Shown here: piece by piece, positions 17,810 through 28,700 of the stretch
Layout of the letters: each line of letters starts with the position of its first letter
Position numbering within the stretch: the first letter of the stretch is position 1
From: Planctomycetota bacterium
GTDB lineage: Bacteria > Planctomycetota > UBA8108 > SXIK01
DNA length: 64,000 nucleotides
Assembly (NCBI GenBank): GCA_965223265.1
Contig: OZ244999.1
Coordinates: forward strand, 480,001 to 544,000
Direction of reading: 5' to 3'
Program-made: the position numbers and the translations under genes
Notes under the pieces: model-generated
The model's input: only the letters and a program-made list of their open reading frames with translations
What the model was told of the DNA's origin: nothing
Databases searched by the model: none

Positions 17810-18991
17810 ATGGACCGCCTGCTCGACGCTTCATTGATTCCACGCGTCCGAGAATTGATCTCATCGCGTAGCGCTTCGTTGGTGGACGACTATCGGCATC
17901 TTCATGCTCAGCCTGAGCTGAGCTGGGACGAACACGCCACCGCGAACTACGTCGAGTCTCGATTGCGCGACCTTGGGCTCGAGCCTCGGAGGGTGGCAAC
18001 GACCGGGGTGGTTGCGGACTTTGGTCGTAGCGATCAGCCGAAGAGGATGCTCCGGGCCGACATCGACGCCGTGCCTGTTCACGAGGAATCAGGCCTCGAC
18101 TTTACGTCGAACAATCCCGGTGTGATGCACGCTTGCGGCCACGATGCTCATACCGCGATCTTACTCTGCGCCGCGTCCGTGCTTGTCAAGTTGGCGCCCA
18201 CGCGAGCGTTGCGATTCATGTTCCAGCCGGCCGAGGAGGTCCCCACGAGCGGTGCTGCACGATGTGTTGCCGAGGGTGCGCTGGACGGCGTCGCCGAGGT
18301 CGTCGCGCTGCACGTCTGGCCGGCACTGGAGACCGGTGTCTTGGGGCTGCGCGATGGTGCATTTACCGCCGCGGCGGACGTGTGGGAATGCGTATTGCGC
18401 GGCCCCGGCGGGCATAGCGCACGGCCACGCGATACGATCGATCTCGTCGACCTTGCCGCGCGCATCGTTGTCGAGTTGAATGCGATCCCTCAGCGCGTCT
18501 TGAATTCTGAGCGGGAAACGGCGGTCGTTACCGCAACGATGATTCACGGCGGTGATGCACCCAATGTGATACCGCAGGAGCTGCGGCTCGCAGGGACCGT
18601 CCGTACACTGGATATGTCGAGGCGAGATCGACTCCGCGCGACTCTCGAGTCCTGTGTCCGGAGACACGTCGCCAACGCCGGCGCCGGCGTTGAGTGGAAC
18701 TGCGCTCCCGGACCGCCAGCGCACGTTAATGACGAGTCGTTGACACAGGCGGCGCGGGAGCTTCTGACGGCGGCGTTCGGCAGCGACGGAGTCGTCGAGT
18801 TGGACGCACCCAGCCTTGGCAGTGAGGACTTTGCCTATCTGAGTCAGGACCGTCCTGCCCTCATGCTCCGCCTTGGCTGCCGCGCTCCGGGCGCCCCTTT
18901 CCATTCGCTGCACAGTCCGCGTTTCTGCGTCAGCGAGGACGCGCTCGTTCCCGGGGCGGTCGCTATGACGTTGCTCGGACTACTGACGTGA
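17810..18991 (+). CDS. M20 family amidohydrolase
   Basis: PELSWDE, LRADIDA, MHACGHDAH, FQPAEE, GGHSA, SEDFA. Confidence 0.93.
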   Translation: MDRLLDASLIPRVRELISSRSASLVDDYRHLHAQPELSWDEHATANYVESRLRDLGLEPRRVATTGVVADFGRSDQPKRMLRADIDAVPVHEESGLDFTSNNPGVMHACGHDAHTAILLCAASVLVKLAPTRALRFMFQPAEEVPTSGAARCVAEGALDGVAEVVALHVWPALETGVLGLRDGAFTAAADVWECVLRGPGGHSARPRDTIDLVDLAARIVVELNAIPQRVLNSERETAVVTATMIHGGDAPNVIPQELRLAGTVRTLDMSRRDRLRATLESCVRRHVANAGAGVEWNCAPGPPAHVNDESLTQAARELLTAAFGSDGVVELDAPSLGSEDFAYLSQDRPALMLRLGCRAPGAPFHSLHSPRFCVSEDALVPGAVAMTLLGLLT

Positions 18992-19066
18992 ACATAGCAT
19001 GAGAGTCCGCTGGTGCCGTCAAAGAGACTTTGACGGGGGCCGCGACCATCCCGATGGCTTCGACGC

Positions 19067-19579
19067 TCAGACGAAGCAGGCGACCGCGGCAGTCACCCAT
19101 ATGATCCCACCAGCGGCGAGTTTGGCGAGCACGCCGACGAAGCGACCGAGAGCAGCGCCCTGTCCGGAGGAGACGCTTTGATCGATCGGTTCGCCACGAA
19201 GAACTTCGACTGCGCACGCGCCGCAGAATGCGCCGAGGCAAACTCCGACAACCGAGCCGACGATGGGGATCGGGATCAGTAGGGTCCCCGCAATCGCTCC
19301 GGCGAACGCGCCAAGCATCGCACCTGCCGCGGCCCAGCGAGACGCTCCAGCCCTCTTTGCGCCGACCGCCGATGAGGCAAACTCGATCACTTCTGCGATG
19401 AGTGCGACGACCGTCATCGCGGCAAGTGTCCAGTTGCTCGCCAGCTCGAGCTCTGGTTTCCACCAGCTGAGCGCAGCGGTTGTCAAGATCATGAGCCAGG
19501 TGCCCGGAAGCCCGAGCAGAACCAGTCCGAGCCAGAGCGCGTTGAGAATCAAGAGTGGGGCGATGTAGAGAAAGCTCAT
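19067..19579 (-). CDS. DUF456-like membrane protein
   Basis: LGLPGT, GAKRAGASRW, Gly/Ala-rich TM segments. Confidence 0.8.
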   Translation of the reverse strand: MSFLYIAPLLILNALWLGLVLLGLPGTWLMILTTAALSWWKPELELASNWTLAAMTVVALIAEVIEFASSAVGAKRAGASRWAAAGAMLGAFAGAIAGTLLIPIPIVGSVVGVCLGAFCGACAVEVLRGEPIDQSVSSGQGAALGRFVGVLAKLAAGGIIWVTAAVACFV

Positions 19580-19613
19580 GTTCGCCCTTTCGGTCGCTCT
19601 TCTGTCGTGGCCT

Positions 19614-20576
19614 TCACAACTGCCGCAGCGCCCTGAGGTCTACGTTGCCGCCGGAAAGGATGATGCCGACTCGTCGGCCGCCAAACTCCGCTCGCACCGC
19701 GCGACTGAGGAATGCGCCGAGCGGCACGGCCGCTGACGGTTCGACGACGATCTTTGCACGCTCTAAGAGTAGCCACGTGGCGCGGAGTATGTCGTCTTCC
19801 GAGACCAGGGCAATCTCATCGACCCAGCGATGGATGATCGGAAACGTTCGGTCGCCTAGTGCGGTGCGGAGTCCGTCCGCGACCGTGTCGGTGCGCTCGA
19901 CCGGCTGAATCGAACCGCTGTGCCACGAACGAAACGCGTCGTCCGCGATCTCGGGCTCGCATCCGATGACGATTTTCTCGGGGTGTTGGTGTTTCACGGC
20001 CAGTATCGTGCCGCTCAGAAGTCCACCGCCGCCCACCGGCGCAGCGACGATCTCAAGGTCGTCCACCTGCTGGAGTAGCTCTGCGGCGCACGTCGCTTGG
20101 CCGCAGATGATGCGGTCGTCGTTGTAGGGGTGAATGAACTCAGCCCCTGTGTCCTCAACAACGCGTTGAGCGGTTGACTCCCGAGCCTCGAGCGTGGGCC
20201 GGCACAACTCGACACGCCCGCCATACCCCTCGACTGCGGCGCGTTTCACGGCCGGCGCGTTCTCGGGCATAACGATCGTCGCCGGGATGTTGCGGAGACT
20301 TGCTGCGTACGCCAGAGACGCGCCGTGGTTTCCTGACGAATGAGTGACGACCCCACGCTTTGCCTGCTGCGGCTGCAGAGAGAACGCCGCGTTGGTGGCG
20401 CCGCGCAGCTTGAAGGCGCCGGTGCGTTGAAAGTTTTCGCACTTGAAGAAGAGCTTGGCACCGACGAGCCGGTCGATCGTGCTGCAGGTGATGACAGGGG
20501 TGCGGTGGACGTACGGCGCAACGCGTTCTCGCGCTTCTCGAACGTCCTCGAGTCCAGGCGCTCGATCGTCGACCAC
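19614..20576 (-). CDS. PLP-dependent serine/threonine dehydratase or serine racemase
   Basis: KCENFQRTGAFKLRGA, SSGNHG, PVGGGGL, EPSAA, SGGNVD. Confidence 0.93.
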   Translation of the reverse strand: MVDDRAPGLEDVREARERVAPYVHRTPVITCSTIDRLVGAKLFFKCENFQRTGAFKLRGATNAAFSLQPQQAKRGVVTHSSGNHGASLAYAASLRNIPATIVMPENAPAVKRAAVEGYGGRVELCRPTLEARESTAQRVVEDTGAEFIHPYNDDRIICGQATCAAELLQQVDDLEIVAAPVGGGGLLSGTILAVKHQHPEKIVIGCEPEIADDAFRSWHSGSIQPVERTDTVADGLRTALGDRTFPIIHRWVDEIALVSEDDILRATWLLLERAKIVVEPSAAVPLGAFLSRAVRAEFGGRRVGIILSGGNVDLRALRQL

Positions 20577-20579
20577 GTG

Positions 20580-20993
20580 TTATATCTCGCCCACGTCTTC
20601 CGGCAGCTCGTCAGGCACCTCGGCGCGAGGCTCGCGCAGGATGACGAGAATCGCGTGTTGCGGCACGACGAGATAAGCATCCCTGCCAATCGAGATTTCG
20701 ATGGCGGCCTTACGGAAAAACGTCGCGTGGTCCCCGACCTTGATCTCCATCGGCATATACCGTGCCCCTTGCTTCGGCTCCTGCCACTCTTCTGAAAGCT
20801 CTTCGGTCGGTGGCGGGAGCGGGGTGCCGGGGCCGATCGCACGCACGATGCCCGATTGAACCGCATCCTTTGCGACGGCGTTTGCGGGCAGAATGAGACC
20901 GACTTCCGTGGTTTGCTCTCCGGTCTCGGGTTCGATCAAGACGCGATCGCCGACGACGTGAAGCTCTTTCTTACCGACGCTGAGACGTTTCAT
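20580..20993 (-). CDS. GroES/Cpn10-family co-chaperonin (stand-alone)
   Basis: GDRVLI, GLILP, GIVRAIGPG, IKVGD. Confidence 0.85.
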   Translation of the reverse strand: MKRLSVGKKELHVVGDRVLIEPETGEQTTEVGLILPANAVAKDAVQSGIVRAIGPGTPLPPPTEELSEEWQEPKQGARYMPMEIKVGDHATFFRKAAIEISIGRDAYLVVPQHAILVILREPRAEVPDELPEDVGEI

Positions 20994-21100
20994 GCGCGTA
21001 TCTTAGCACTCGCGACCGCGCGGAGCAATCCGCTGCGCCGGTCTCTGCAGCTGTCGCGTCGCGGTGGTGAGCCGTGGAGTGTGCATCGACCCTTGGCTCG

Positions 21101-22603
21101 CTAGGCGAGCACGTCCTCGACGACATGCCCGGAGACGTCCGTCAGTCGAAAGCGGCGGCCATTGTACAGATACGTGAGGCGCTCGTGGTCTAGGCCAAGG
21201 AGGTGCAGGATCGTGGCGTGGAGATCGTTGACGCTGACACGGTTGACGACAGCTTTGTGCCCGTACTCGTCGGTCTCTCCATAGTGAACTCCGCCTTTCA
21301 CACCGCCGCCGGCGAGCCACGTCGTGAAAGCGTGTGGGTTGTGATCCCGTCCTGGTTTTTGTCCCGTCTGTGCCACGGGCAGCCGTCCGAACTCGCCAGC
21401 ACAGAGGACAAGCGTTGCATCGAGAAGGCCACGCTCCTTGAGGTCGCTGAGCAGAGCGGCGATCGGTTGATCCGTCTCGCCGGCGAATTGGCGGTGGTTG
21501 TTCTCGATATCGCTATGACCGTCCCAGCTCTTTTGATTCTCTTCGCCGCCGCTGTAGATTTGAATGAAACGAACTCCGCGTTCGACCATTCGGCGCGCGA
21601 TGAGGCATTGCCGTGCGAAGTGGCCACAGTGCTTCTCGTCGAGCCCGTAGAGTTTTTTGATCGAGGCCGGTTCGCTGTCAACATCAATCGCCTCCGGCGC
21701 CGCAACTTGCATGCGGTAGGCGAGTTCGAAGCTCTCGATGCGAGCGTCAAGCTCGGCGCTGGCGCCGACTTCGCTCTGATGGCGGCGGTTCAAGCGCGCC
21801 AGCAAATCGAGCTGACGTCGCTGCGATGTCGGCGTCACGCCGGGCAGTCGATCGAGATTGTCGATCGGTGCACCCTGAGCGTTGAGCGCGGTGCCTTGAA
21901 AGACACCGGGAAGAAAACCGGTTCCCCAATTCTGCGCGTACCCTTTGGGAAGCCCGCGCCCGAGGGTGTCGTACATGACGACGAACGCCGGTAAGTTCTG
22001 GTTTTCAGTGCCGAGACCGTAGGTCACCCAGGAGCCGACGCAGGGAAATCCCATCCGACTCATGCCGGTGTTGATCTGGAAGAGGGCTGGTGAATGGTTG
22101 TTTGTCTCGGTGTGGCAGGAGTGAATGAACGCCATGTCGTCGACGTGACGTGACAGGTGCGGGAAGATCTCCGGCACCCACGTGCCCGAGTCGCCGTAGC
22201 GACGAAACTCGAACGGCGAGCGCATGAGAGCGCCGACGGCGTTGGGAAAGAACCCAGTGGCCTTGTCGAAGCCATCGAGCGCTCGTCCGTGATGCTCGGC
22301 CAGCAGGGGCTTGTAGTCCCACGTGTCGACTTGGCTCTGGCCGCCGTTCATGAACAGCCAGATGACCGATTTCGCAGGCCCGTCGAAATGAGGCGAATGA
22401 GGTGCTAGAGGCGCCGCCCTGACGCCGGCCGCTCGCCCGCCGGGCGTCGCCGTCGCCGTCGCCGTCGCCGCCGTCGGCTCGGAGGTCCAGCCGCTCTCTG
22501 CCAGCAGGCTAGCGAGAGCAAGCGCCCCGAAGCCGTTTCCCGTGCAGCGCAGAAACTCGCGGCGCGGGAGCGAGGTCAAAGCCGGCTCGTGAATCGGACG
22601 CAT
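21101..22603 (-). CDS. DUF1501 domain protein (Tat-like signal)
   Basis: RREFL, AKSVIWLFMNGGQSQVDTWD, WDGH, EFGR, GRDHNP, HATILHLLG. Confidence 0.93.
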   Translation of the reverse strand: MRPIHEPALTSLPRREFLRCTGNGFGALALASLLAESGWTSEPTAATATATATPGGRAAGVRAAPLAPHSPHFDGPAKSVIWLFMNGGQSQVDTWDYKPLLAEHHGRALDGFDKATGFFPNAVGALMRSPFEFRRYGDSGTWVPEIFPHLSRHVDDMAFIHSCHTETNNHSPALFQINTGMSRMGFPCVGSWVTYGLGTENQNLPAFVVMYDTLGRGLPKGYAQNWGTGFLPGVFQGTALNAQGAPIDNLDRLPGVTPTSQRRQLDLLARLNRRHQSEVGASAELDARIESFELAYRMQVAAPEAIDVDSEPASIKKLYGLDEKHCGHFARQCLIARRMVERGVRFIQIYSGGEENQKSWDGHSDIENNHRQFAGETDQPIAALLSDLKERGLLDATLVLCAGEFGRLPVAQTGQKPGRDHNPHAFTTWLAGGGVKGGVHYGETDEYGHKAVVNRVSVNDLHATILHLLGLDHERLTYLYNGRRFRLTDVSGHVVEDVLA

Positions 22604-22619
22604 GGAAACACCTATGTTG

Positions 22620-25600
22620 TCAATGGAGATACGCGAACTCGTTCAGTCCGAGGAGGACTTGGCAAAAGTCCGCCATGGCGCGCTCTCGCACTGTTCGCCG
22701 CTGTGCCTCTGCTTCGCGGGCGTCAACTCCTGTGTCCGCAGCGGCGTTCTTGGTTGTATACGCTTGTGTCTGTTGTTCGACGAACTCTATGGCATCGCTC
22801 AACTCCATTGGCGTCGGGCGGCGTGCCAAGGCGAGTTCGTAGGCCAGAGTGATTCCGTCGGCATCCGAGCGTGCTACCGCTGCCTCCAAGCGCGCGGAAA
22901 AACTTTCTGCGCAGCGCCGCACAACGGGGTGGTTCATGAGAAGAAGCGCCTGCGGTGCGACCGTCGTGACTGGTCGTGTAGCGACGCTTCCGAGGGTGTC
23001 GGGGGCGTCGAAGAGCATCATCCACGGGATCAGTTTGCTGCGCTTAACGAAAAAGTAGATGCTGCGCCGACGGTGTGCTTCATCGAGACTGCCGGGTCCG
23101 TACATCAGGGGATCGAGGCGGCCGCTGACGGCGAGCATTGCATCGCGAAGAGCTTCCGCTTCGAGTCGTCGCGGGTTCCAGCGCCACAGGAGACGATTCT
23201 GTGGGTCTTCGGTGGCGCCGGGCTGGAGCTGCGACGACTGTCTGTAGACGCTGCTCAAAACGATGAGGCGGTGTAGAGGCTTGAGCCTCCAGCCGCCGTG
23301 GATCAGTTCCGATGCCAACCAGTCAAGAAGCTCCGGGTGCGTCGGCCTTTCTCCTTGCGAGCCAAAGTCGCTCGGGGTGCCGACGATGCCGCGGCCGAGG
23401 TGATGCTGCCAGAGACGGTTGACGATAACGCGTGCTAGGAGATGCCCGGCGCCGTTATCAACATCGGTCAACCATTCGGCCAACGCTCGCCGGCGGAACG
23501 ACGTCTTGCTGCCGGGTGGGGGTTCTTCTTTCCAGTGCCGCTCGCCATTGGGAGAGCGCATGAGCACCTGAAGGAATCCTTGCGTTGCGACTTCACCCTT
23601 CTGCCGTGGGTCGCCGCGGTTGAGGAAATACGTTACGTCGAAGTAGTCGTCTCCCTGTGTGTTGAGGCGAATCGGGCGAAGGCCTTCGCTCGAGACGAGT
23701 GCGCGGGTCGTGGCCGGCTCGGGCTTGGTGGCTGCGTGTGCCGCTACCGCGGCGCTCAATTGTTGCCAGCGCTCGTCGTGCTGCCGCCACCACGTGAAGA
23801 GCGCGTCTCGTTCTGCCGGTAGAAGCCGCTGAACGTCGGCGACGGTTTGAACCTTGGTGAGCGCTATGCGTGCACGCTGCGAGATCGACGTCGCGCTGAG
23901 CTGCGGCTCTCTAGCCGTTGTGAGAGCCAGTCGCGGTCTGCCGATCGTGTGGCGGCGATTGGTATTGAACGCAAGCGTGAAGGTCAGAGTCGTGCCTGAC
24001 TCGTAGCCGATCGGTTCGCCGAAGGTGAAAACGGCACTATGATCCTTACCGTACTCGGGGGCGACAGCCCAACGCGAGCGGGGATCGTCGTCGATCGCTT
24101 TGGCGACGCCGCGCTCGGCGCTCGACTCGAACGTCGACGCCGCACTCACCAGTGGGACGGGCACGGGATCTCCACCCCCGGTGGGGGCCGCGGTGACGCG
24201 GAAATCGCTCAGGCCGATGTTGCCGTTGTCGGCCCGACCTGGGCCACGCCGCACAAGAGAGTCATCGGCGAGCGCATCAAGGCGCACCGCTGTGATGCCC
24301 TGTGCTTCGGTGTTCGCTACGAACGTAAATGTGTCGTAGGCGGCAAACTTACCACGGCTGAGGAGGGAACCATCTGATTGCTTCTCGAACTCCGTGCCAC
24401 CGGTTGAGCTCCACTCGATGATGTCGACGATGGTCCAAGGCGGCACGCTGAGAGCGCCGAACGTTTCATCGCTCGGAGCGTCGACGGGAACGTCCTCCCT
24501 GTTGCTATCGTTGCCACCGTTGCCGTCATTGTCGCGCCGCGCCGCGCTGGATCGTGCTTGCCCGATCGAACCGAGCCAGGTTTCGAAGGCGCCTCTGAGC
24601 TCGCCGCGTTCGTAAGCGCTGAGAGCCTCGACGAGGGGTGTTCGCTTGCGCTCATACTCCCGCAGCGCCAGGGCGTGTCCCTTCGGATCGATCGGGACCA
24701 GATGGTCGGAGCGAATCGTCGTCGTGAACGTGGACAACAGACGATAATAGTCACTCGTTGGGATCGGGTCGAACTTGTGGTCATGGCAGCGTGCACAGCC
24801 GACGGCCAGTCCTAGGAAGGCAGTTCCGACTGTGTTGGCCATGTCGTCGAGCTCGTCGTAGCGTTCCTTTTCGACTTGGTTTTTGGTGATCTGCGTGGCG
24901 TGTGTGCCGGCGGCCAGAAAACCTGTCGCCATCATGGCGAGAGGTTCCTCCGGCTTGTACTCATCACCGGCAATCTGCCATTTGACGAACGTTGTGTAGG
25001 GGAGGTCGTCGTTCAGTGCCTTGATGAGAAAATCGCGGTAGTGATAGGCGTGTTCGCGATCCGTATCGTGCTCGAAGCCGTGGCTTTCGGCGAAGCGAGC
25101 GAGATCGAGCCAGTGTCGCGCCCAGCGCTCTCCGAAGTGTGGGCTGTCGAGAAAATGATCGACCACGCGCTCGAACGCATCCGCCGACTTGTCACGAACG
25201 AAACGCTCGACTTCGTCCGGAGTTGGCGGTAGCCCAGTCAGAGTGAAGGCGACGCGACGAATCAGGCGGCGGCGATCGACGTCCGGATTGGGTGCGACTT
25301 CGAGTGCTTCGAGTCGGTGCAAGACGAAACGATCGATGGGCGTACGACACCACGAGGTGTCTTTGACTGCCGGCGGCTCCGGACGCTTGAGTGGTCGAAA
25401 CGACCAAAACTGTCGGTCCTCAATCGTGACGTCGCCGCTGGCGCGCGGCTGGGTGCTCTCCTGGGTTACTGCTTCCAGAACGCCTTTGCTGGCGACGCGG
25501 GGAATAGAACCACCGTCCCCGCCAACCAGCTGTGCTGGCGAGAGTGACTCGACACTGAGTACAGCGAAGAGCGCGGCGAGCGCAGCGCGTCGACGCGGCA

Positions 25601-25664
25601 TTGAGCTGGCGGTGAAGCTCTGGCGGCGGTGCGGTAGCCTCTCTTTTCGTGCCGGTTGACGCAT
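22620..25664 (-). CDS. DUF1549/DUF1553 (PSCyt2/PSD1) protein; start uncertain
   Basis: WSFRP, TGLPPT, GERWARHWLDLARFAES, CARCHDHKFDPI, RVIVNRLWQHH, THPELLDWLA, APQAL. Confidence 0.92.
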   Translation of the reverse strand: MRQPARKERLPHRRQSFTASSMPRRRAALAALFAVLSVESLSPAQLVGGDGGSIPRVASKGVLEAVTQESTQPRASGDVTIEDRQFWSFRPLKRPEPPAVKDTSWCRTPIDRFVLHRLEALEVAPNPDVDRRRLIRRVAFTLTGLPPTPDEVERFVRDKSADAFERVVDHFLDSPHFGERWARHWLDLARFAESHGFEHDTDREHAYHYRDFLIKALNDDLPYTTFVKWQIAGDEYKPEEPLAMMATGFLAAGTHATQITKNQVEKERYDELDDMANTVGTAFLGLAVGCARCHDHKFDPIPTSDYYRLLSTFTTTIRSDHLVPIDPKGHALALREYERKRTPLVEALSAYERGELRGAFETWLGSIGQARSSAARRDNDGNGGNDSNREDVPVDAPSDETFGALSVPPWTIVDIIEWSSTGGTEFEKQSDGSLLSRGKFAAYDTFTFVANTEAQGITAVRLDALADDSLVRRGPGRADNGNIGLSDFRVTAAPTGGGDPVPVPLVSAASTFESSAERGVAKAIDDDPRSRWAVAPEYGKDHSAVFTFGEPIGYESGTTLTFTLAFNTNRRHTIGRPRLALTTAREPQLSATSISQRARIALTKVQTVADVQRLLPAERDALFTWWRQHDERWQQLSAAVAAHAATKPEPATTRALVSSEGLRPIRLNTQGDDYFDVTYFLNRGDPRQKGEVATQGFLQVLMRSPNGERHWKEEPPPGSKTSFRRRALAEWLTDVDNGAGHLLARVIVNRLWQHHLGRGIVGTPSDFGSQGERPTHPELLDWLASELIHGGWRLKPLHRLIVLSSVYRQSSQLQPGATEDPQNRLLWRWNPRRLEAEALRDAMLAVSGRLDPLMYGPGSLDEAHRRRSIYFFVKRSKLIPWMMLFDAPDTLGSVATRPVTTVAPQALLLMNHPVVRRCAESFSARLEAAVARSDADGITLAYELALARRPTPMELSDAIEFVEQQTQAYTTKNAAADTGVDAREAEAQRRTVRERAMADFCQVLLGLNEFAYLH

Positions 25665-25773
25665 GAACTCAGAATAGCACAGGCGCGTCGGCGGGGAAAT
25701 GACTCCGATCGCATCCGTACTGCGGGCCGTGTGCGCCACCAAGCCACTGCACACGGCTGAGGTGGTGGCAGCT

Positions 25774-28700
25774 CTACACGCGTTTGCCGCGACGCAAGTA
25801 GATCCCAATCAGTAGCACGAAGCTGAGCGGCACGGCGACGAGAGCCGCCAAGCGGGCTGTGCTTCCCTCACGTCGCTGGACGATTTCCAGTTCGGCATCG
25901 CCTCCCGAACGGTGGAACGTGAGCATGAGCCCACCGCCCGACTCGGGTTTCACCTCGAGGCCTGGCAGCGAACCGAGTCCGGCGGCAGCGTCAAGCCCCG
26001 GCAGGCCGCCGCGCGCCTTCAGCTCTGACTCGGCCGCTTTCGATACGTTCGAGCTGACGAGCGCATCGACGCTCAGACGGCGCAGCCCATAGAAGCGTGA
26101 ACCCTCGGTGAAGTCTCTATAGGAGCGCTGCGCAGCGGGGCGCTGTTGGTCGTTTCTGGACGTCTTCCTCGCGCCTTTCGTCTCGCGCCAGTAGCGTCGC
26201 TTAAGAAAGTTCGTCGTGTCTTCGAACGACTGTTCCACTTGACTGCGATCCGCTGAATCGTCGACTTGATCCGCCTGGTTGTTGAGTGTGCGGAGGTCCT
26301 TCTGGGCTCTCTGCGCGTCCTCAATGAGGCGCCCTTGGGAAAGGCGTTGCTGGCGAAACTTCGTCTCCCCGTCCGCTTCAGGGGCGCGGAGATTGGCTTC
26401 GAGACCGTAGTTGCTCTGTAGTTCAGCGAGGTTGTCGCCCAGTTCACGTTCGAGACGGCTGAGCTCCCCAAGCGCTTGCTGTCGCAATCGCTTCGAGTCG
26501 GATTCGAGAGCTACCTTGGTGATTTTTTCTTGTTGCTCCAGGAGGTTCTCGACCTTCTTTGCGTACTGTACACTCGCTGAAACTTCGCGAACGTTGCCGC
26601 CGCGGTGTCGCGCCACCACGCCGGAAGGAAACTCTATTTTCCACAAGGTCTCGATGACCTTGACGCCCTTCACTTTCGGCGCGATCAATTGCGTAACGCC
26701 TCGGAACTCTGCCAGATCGAGCTTCGGTTCCTCGTAGCGCAGCGCGACCTGTAAGTCGAGATGGGCAGCGCCCACGTATTCGATCGGGATCTCGATCGTG
26801 CGACCGCCGCCGCTCTGGGGCGCTGCACTTTGACCGACAGACACGGCTCGGCCGTCCAACGTCACACCCCACAGCTCAGCACCGGGAGGCAGCTCGACGA
26901 CGAGGAATTGAAGACTGCGGTTGTGGAGCGTGAACACCACTTCGGTTCGAGTCGTGCCGTCGCTGCCAATGATGGTCGAGAGCTCCGCCAGCTTGACGAG
27001 TGCAACGAGTCCGCTTGCTTGTTCGATCTCCTGGGTCTCAAGTGTCAAACGCCAGTCGAGCGCAGTAGCTCGATATGCCGGCTTGAGGTTTTTTCGTGCC
27101 ACCCCTTCCGGGACGAAAGGAAAGTCGTCGGCGCTCGCTGGAGAGAGACCGCGGCGGTCGCTTTCGGCGAGCAGCACGGCGGGAGTCTGGAGCACGCCGA
27201 GGTACGCATCGACCGCATCGAGGACTTCACCTGCGTCGTACAGTGCCAGCGGCGCGAACGTCGGGGCTTCGCCGGCCGTCCTTGGCACGCGAAACGCAAC
27301 GTCGACTGTCTGCGTCCCGGTGCGGGGTGACTGCAGGACGACCTCCACCTCTGTGCCACGAATATGGCGCGTGCGTTGGTTGTCAGTGTCGACGCTTAAG
27401 AGCTGCGCACCCTGCGGCAGTTGAAGCCGAAAACGGTCACGCGGGGCGAAGCGAATTTGGTACGCGATGCGAGTATTGTAGTAGAGATAGTCGTCGGCGA
27501 TGCGCGCGAAGCTGACCGTTGTGGCGGCAAGGCGACTGGGACGCCGCCGCGCCGCAACGACCAGCGGGTTCGTCGGTCGTCGCGCCCGGTATCCGAAGCG
27601 GACGGACTCACCTGACCCAAGATGAAGCCACGACGGCGCGCGTTCTACTTTGATCGACTCCCAGCGTTCCGTGACAACCGGTGTGAGATCGAGGGCGTCG
27701 TTGGCGGCGAGGGTCCATTCGATCGTTTCGTTCACGCGAGCACCGTCGGGAGAAATAGCACGGACGTTCGGCAGCGTCAGGTCGTCTGCGACGTTGTCGA
27801 GTCGCAGCTCTGCCGCCCACGTGACCTCAGTGCCGATCTCGGAGCGGCCGCTGAAGTGAACGATGACGCGCTCCCCGGCAGCAGTCGACACCACTTCCCA
27901 GAATCGCATATTCTCGGACTCGACAGTGTGCACCCACCAGCCTGCAGGTAGATCAATGACGTGCCGCAGCGCGCCAGGCCGCGACTGCGTGTAGCGTGAC
28001 TTTGCGACGAATGCGAGACGCTCCGGGTGGAGAATCGAGACGACGTTGGTTTCGATGGCTGCGTCAATGGTGATGGGGCCGACGCCCAGAATCTCACCGC
28101 CACCGTGTCCATGGATGTGGTGGAGACGATCCGGTGCCGCAGATCGCGCCTGAGGAAAGAGCCGAACGACCTCCGCCTGCGAGACGCGTTGAACGTTCGC
28201 CAAACTATCGCCGTCGAAGCGCTCGGCAGGTGAATGCCGCAGACCGACGTACGTCTCCTGGCGGGCGGCGTCGATGAGTTCGAGCGTCGGGAGATCGAAT
28301 CGATCGCTACTGGAGGCTAATCCGGTGATGGCAACGGTCGCCTGGTCGAACGGCTCGGAAAAGAAGAGTTCGAGCACTCGAGCGGCATCGCGAGCGCCTG
28401 GTTCGCTGTCTTCGGTGTCTGCTTCTGCGAGTGCGACGACGTTCCACTCGCTCAGGCGCGGAGCGTCGACACCGGTGATGTTCCAGTCGCCGTGAACTCG
28501 GAAACGCAGGGTATCGATATGGCGGCCGGTCGCGCGGACGGCGTCGAGACGTCTGACAATCACCCCGGCGGTGTGAAGCTCGAGAAGAGTGTAAGACTGA
28601 TCTTCCCAGTGCGCACCGAGGTCTCGCTCCTGACGTGGAAACGACCACTCGATCGTGAGCCGATTCGCCGCGCCGACGTCTGCGACTAGGCGTGTGGCAG

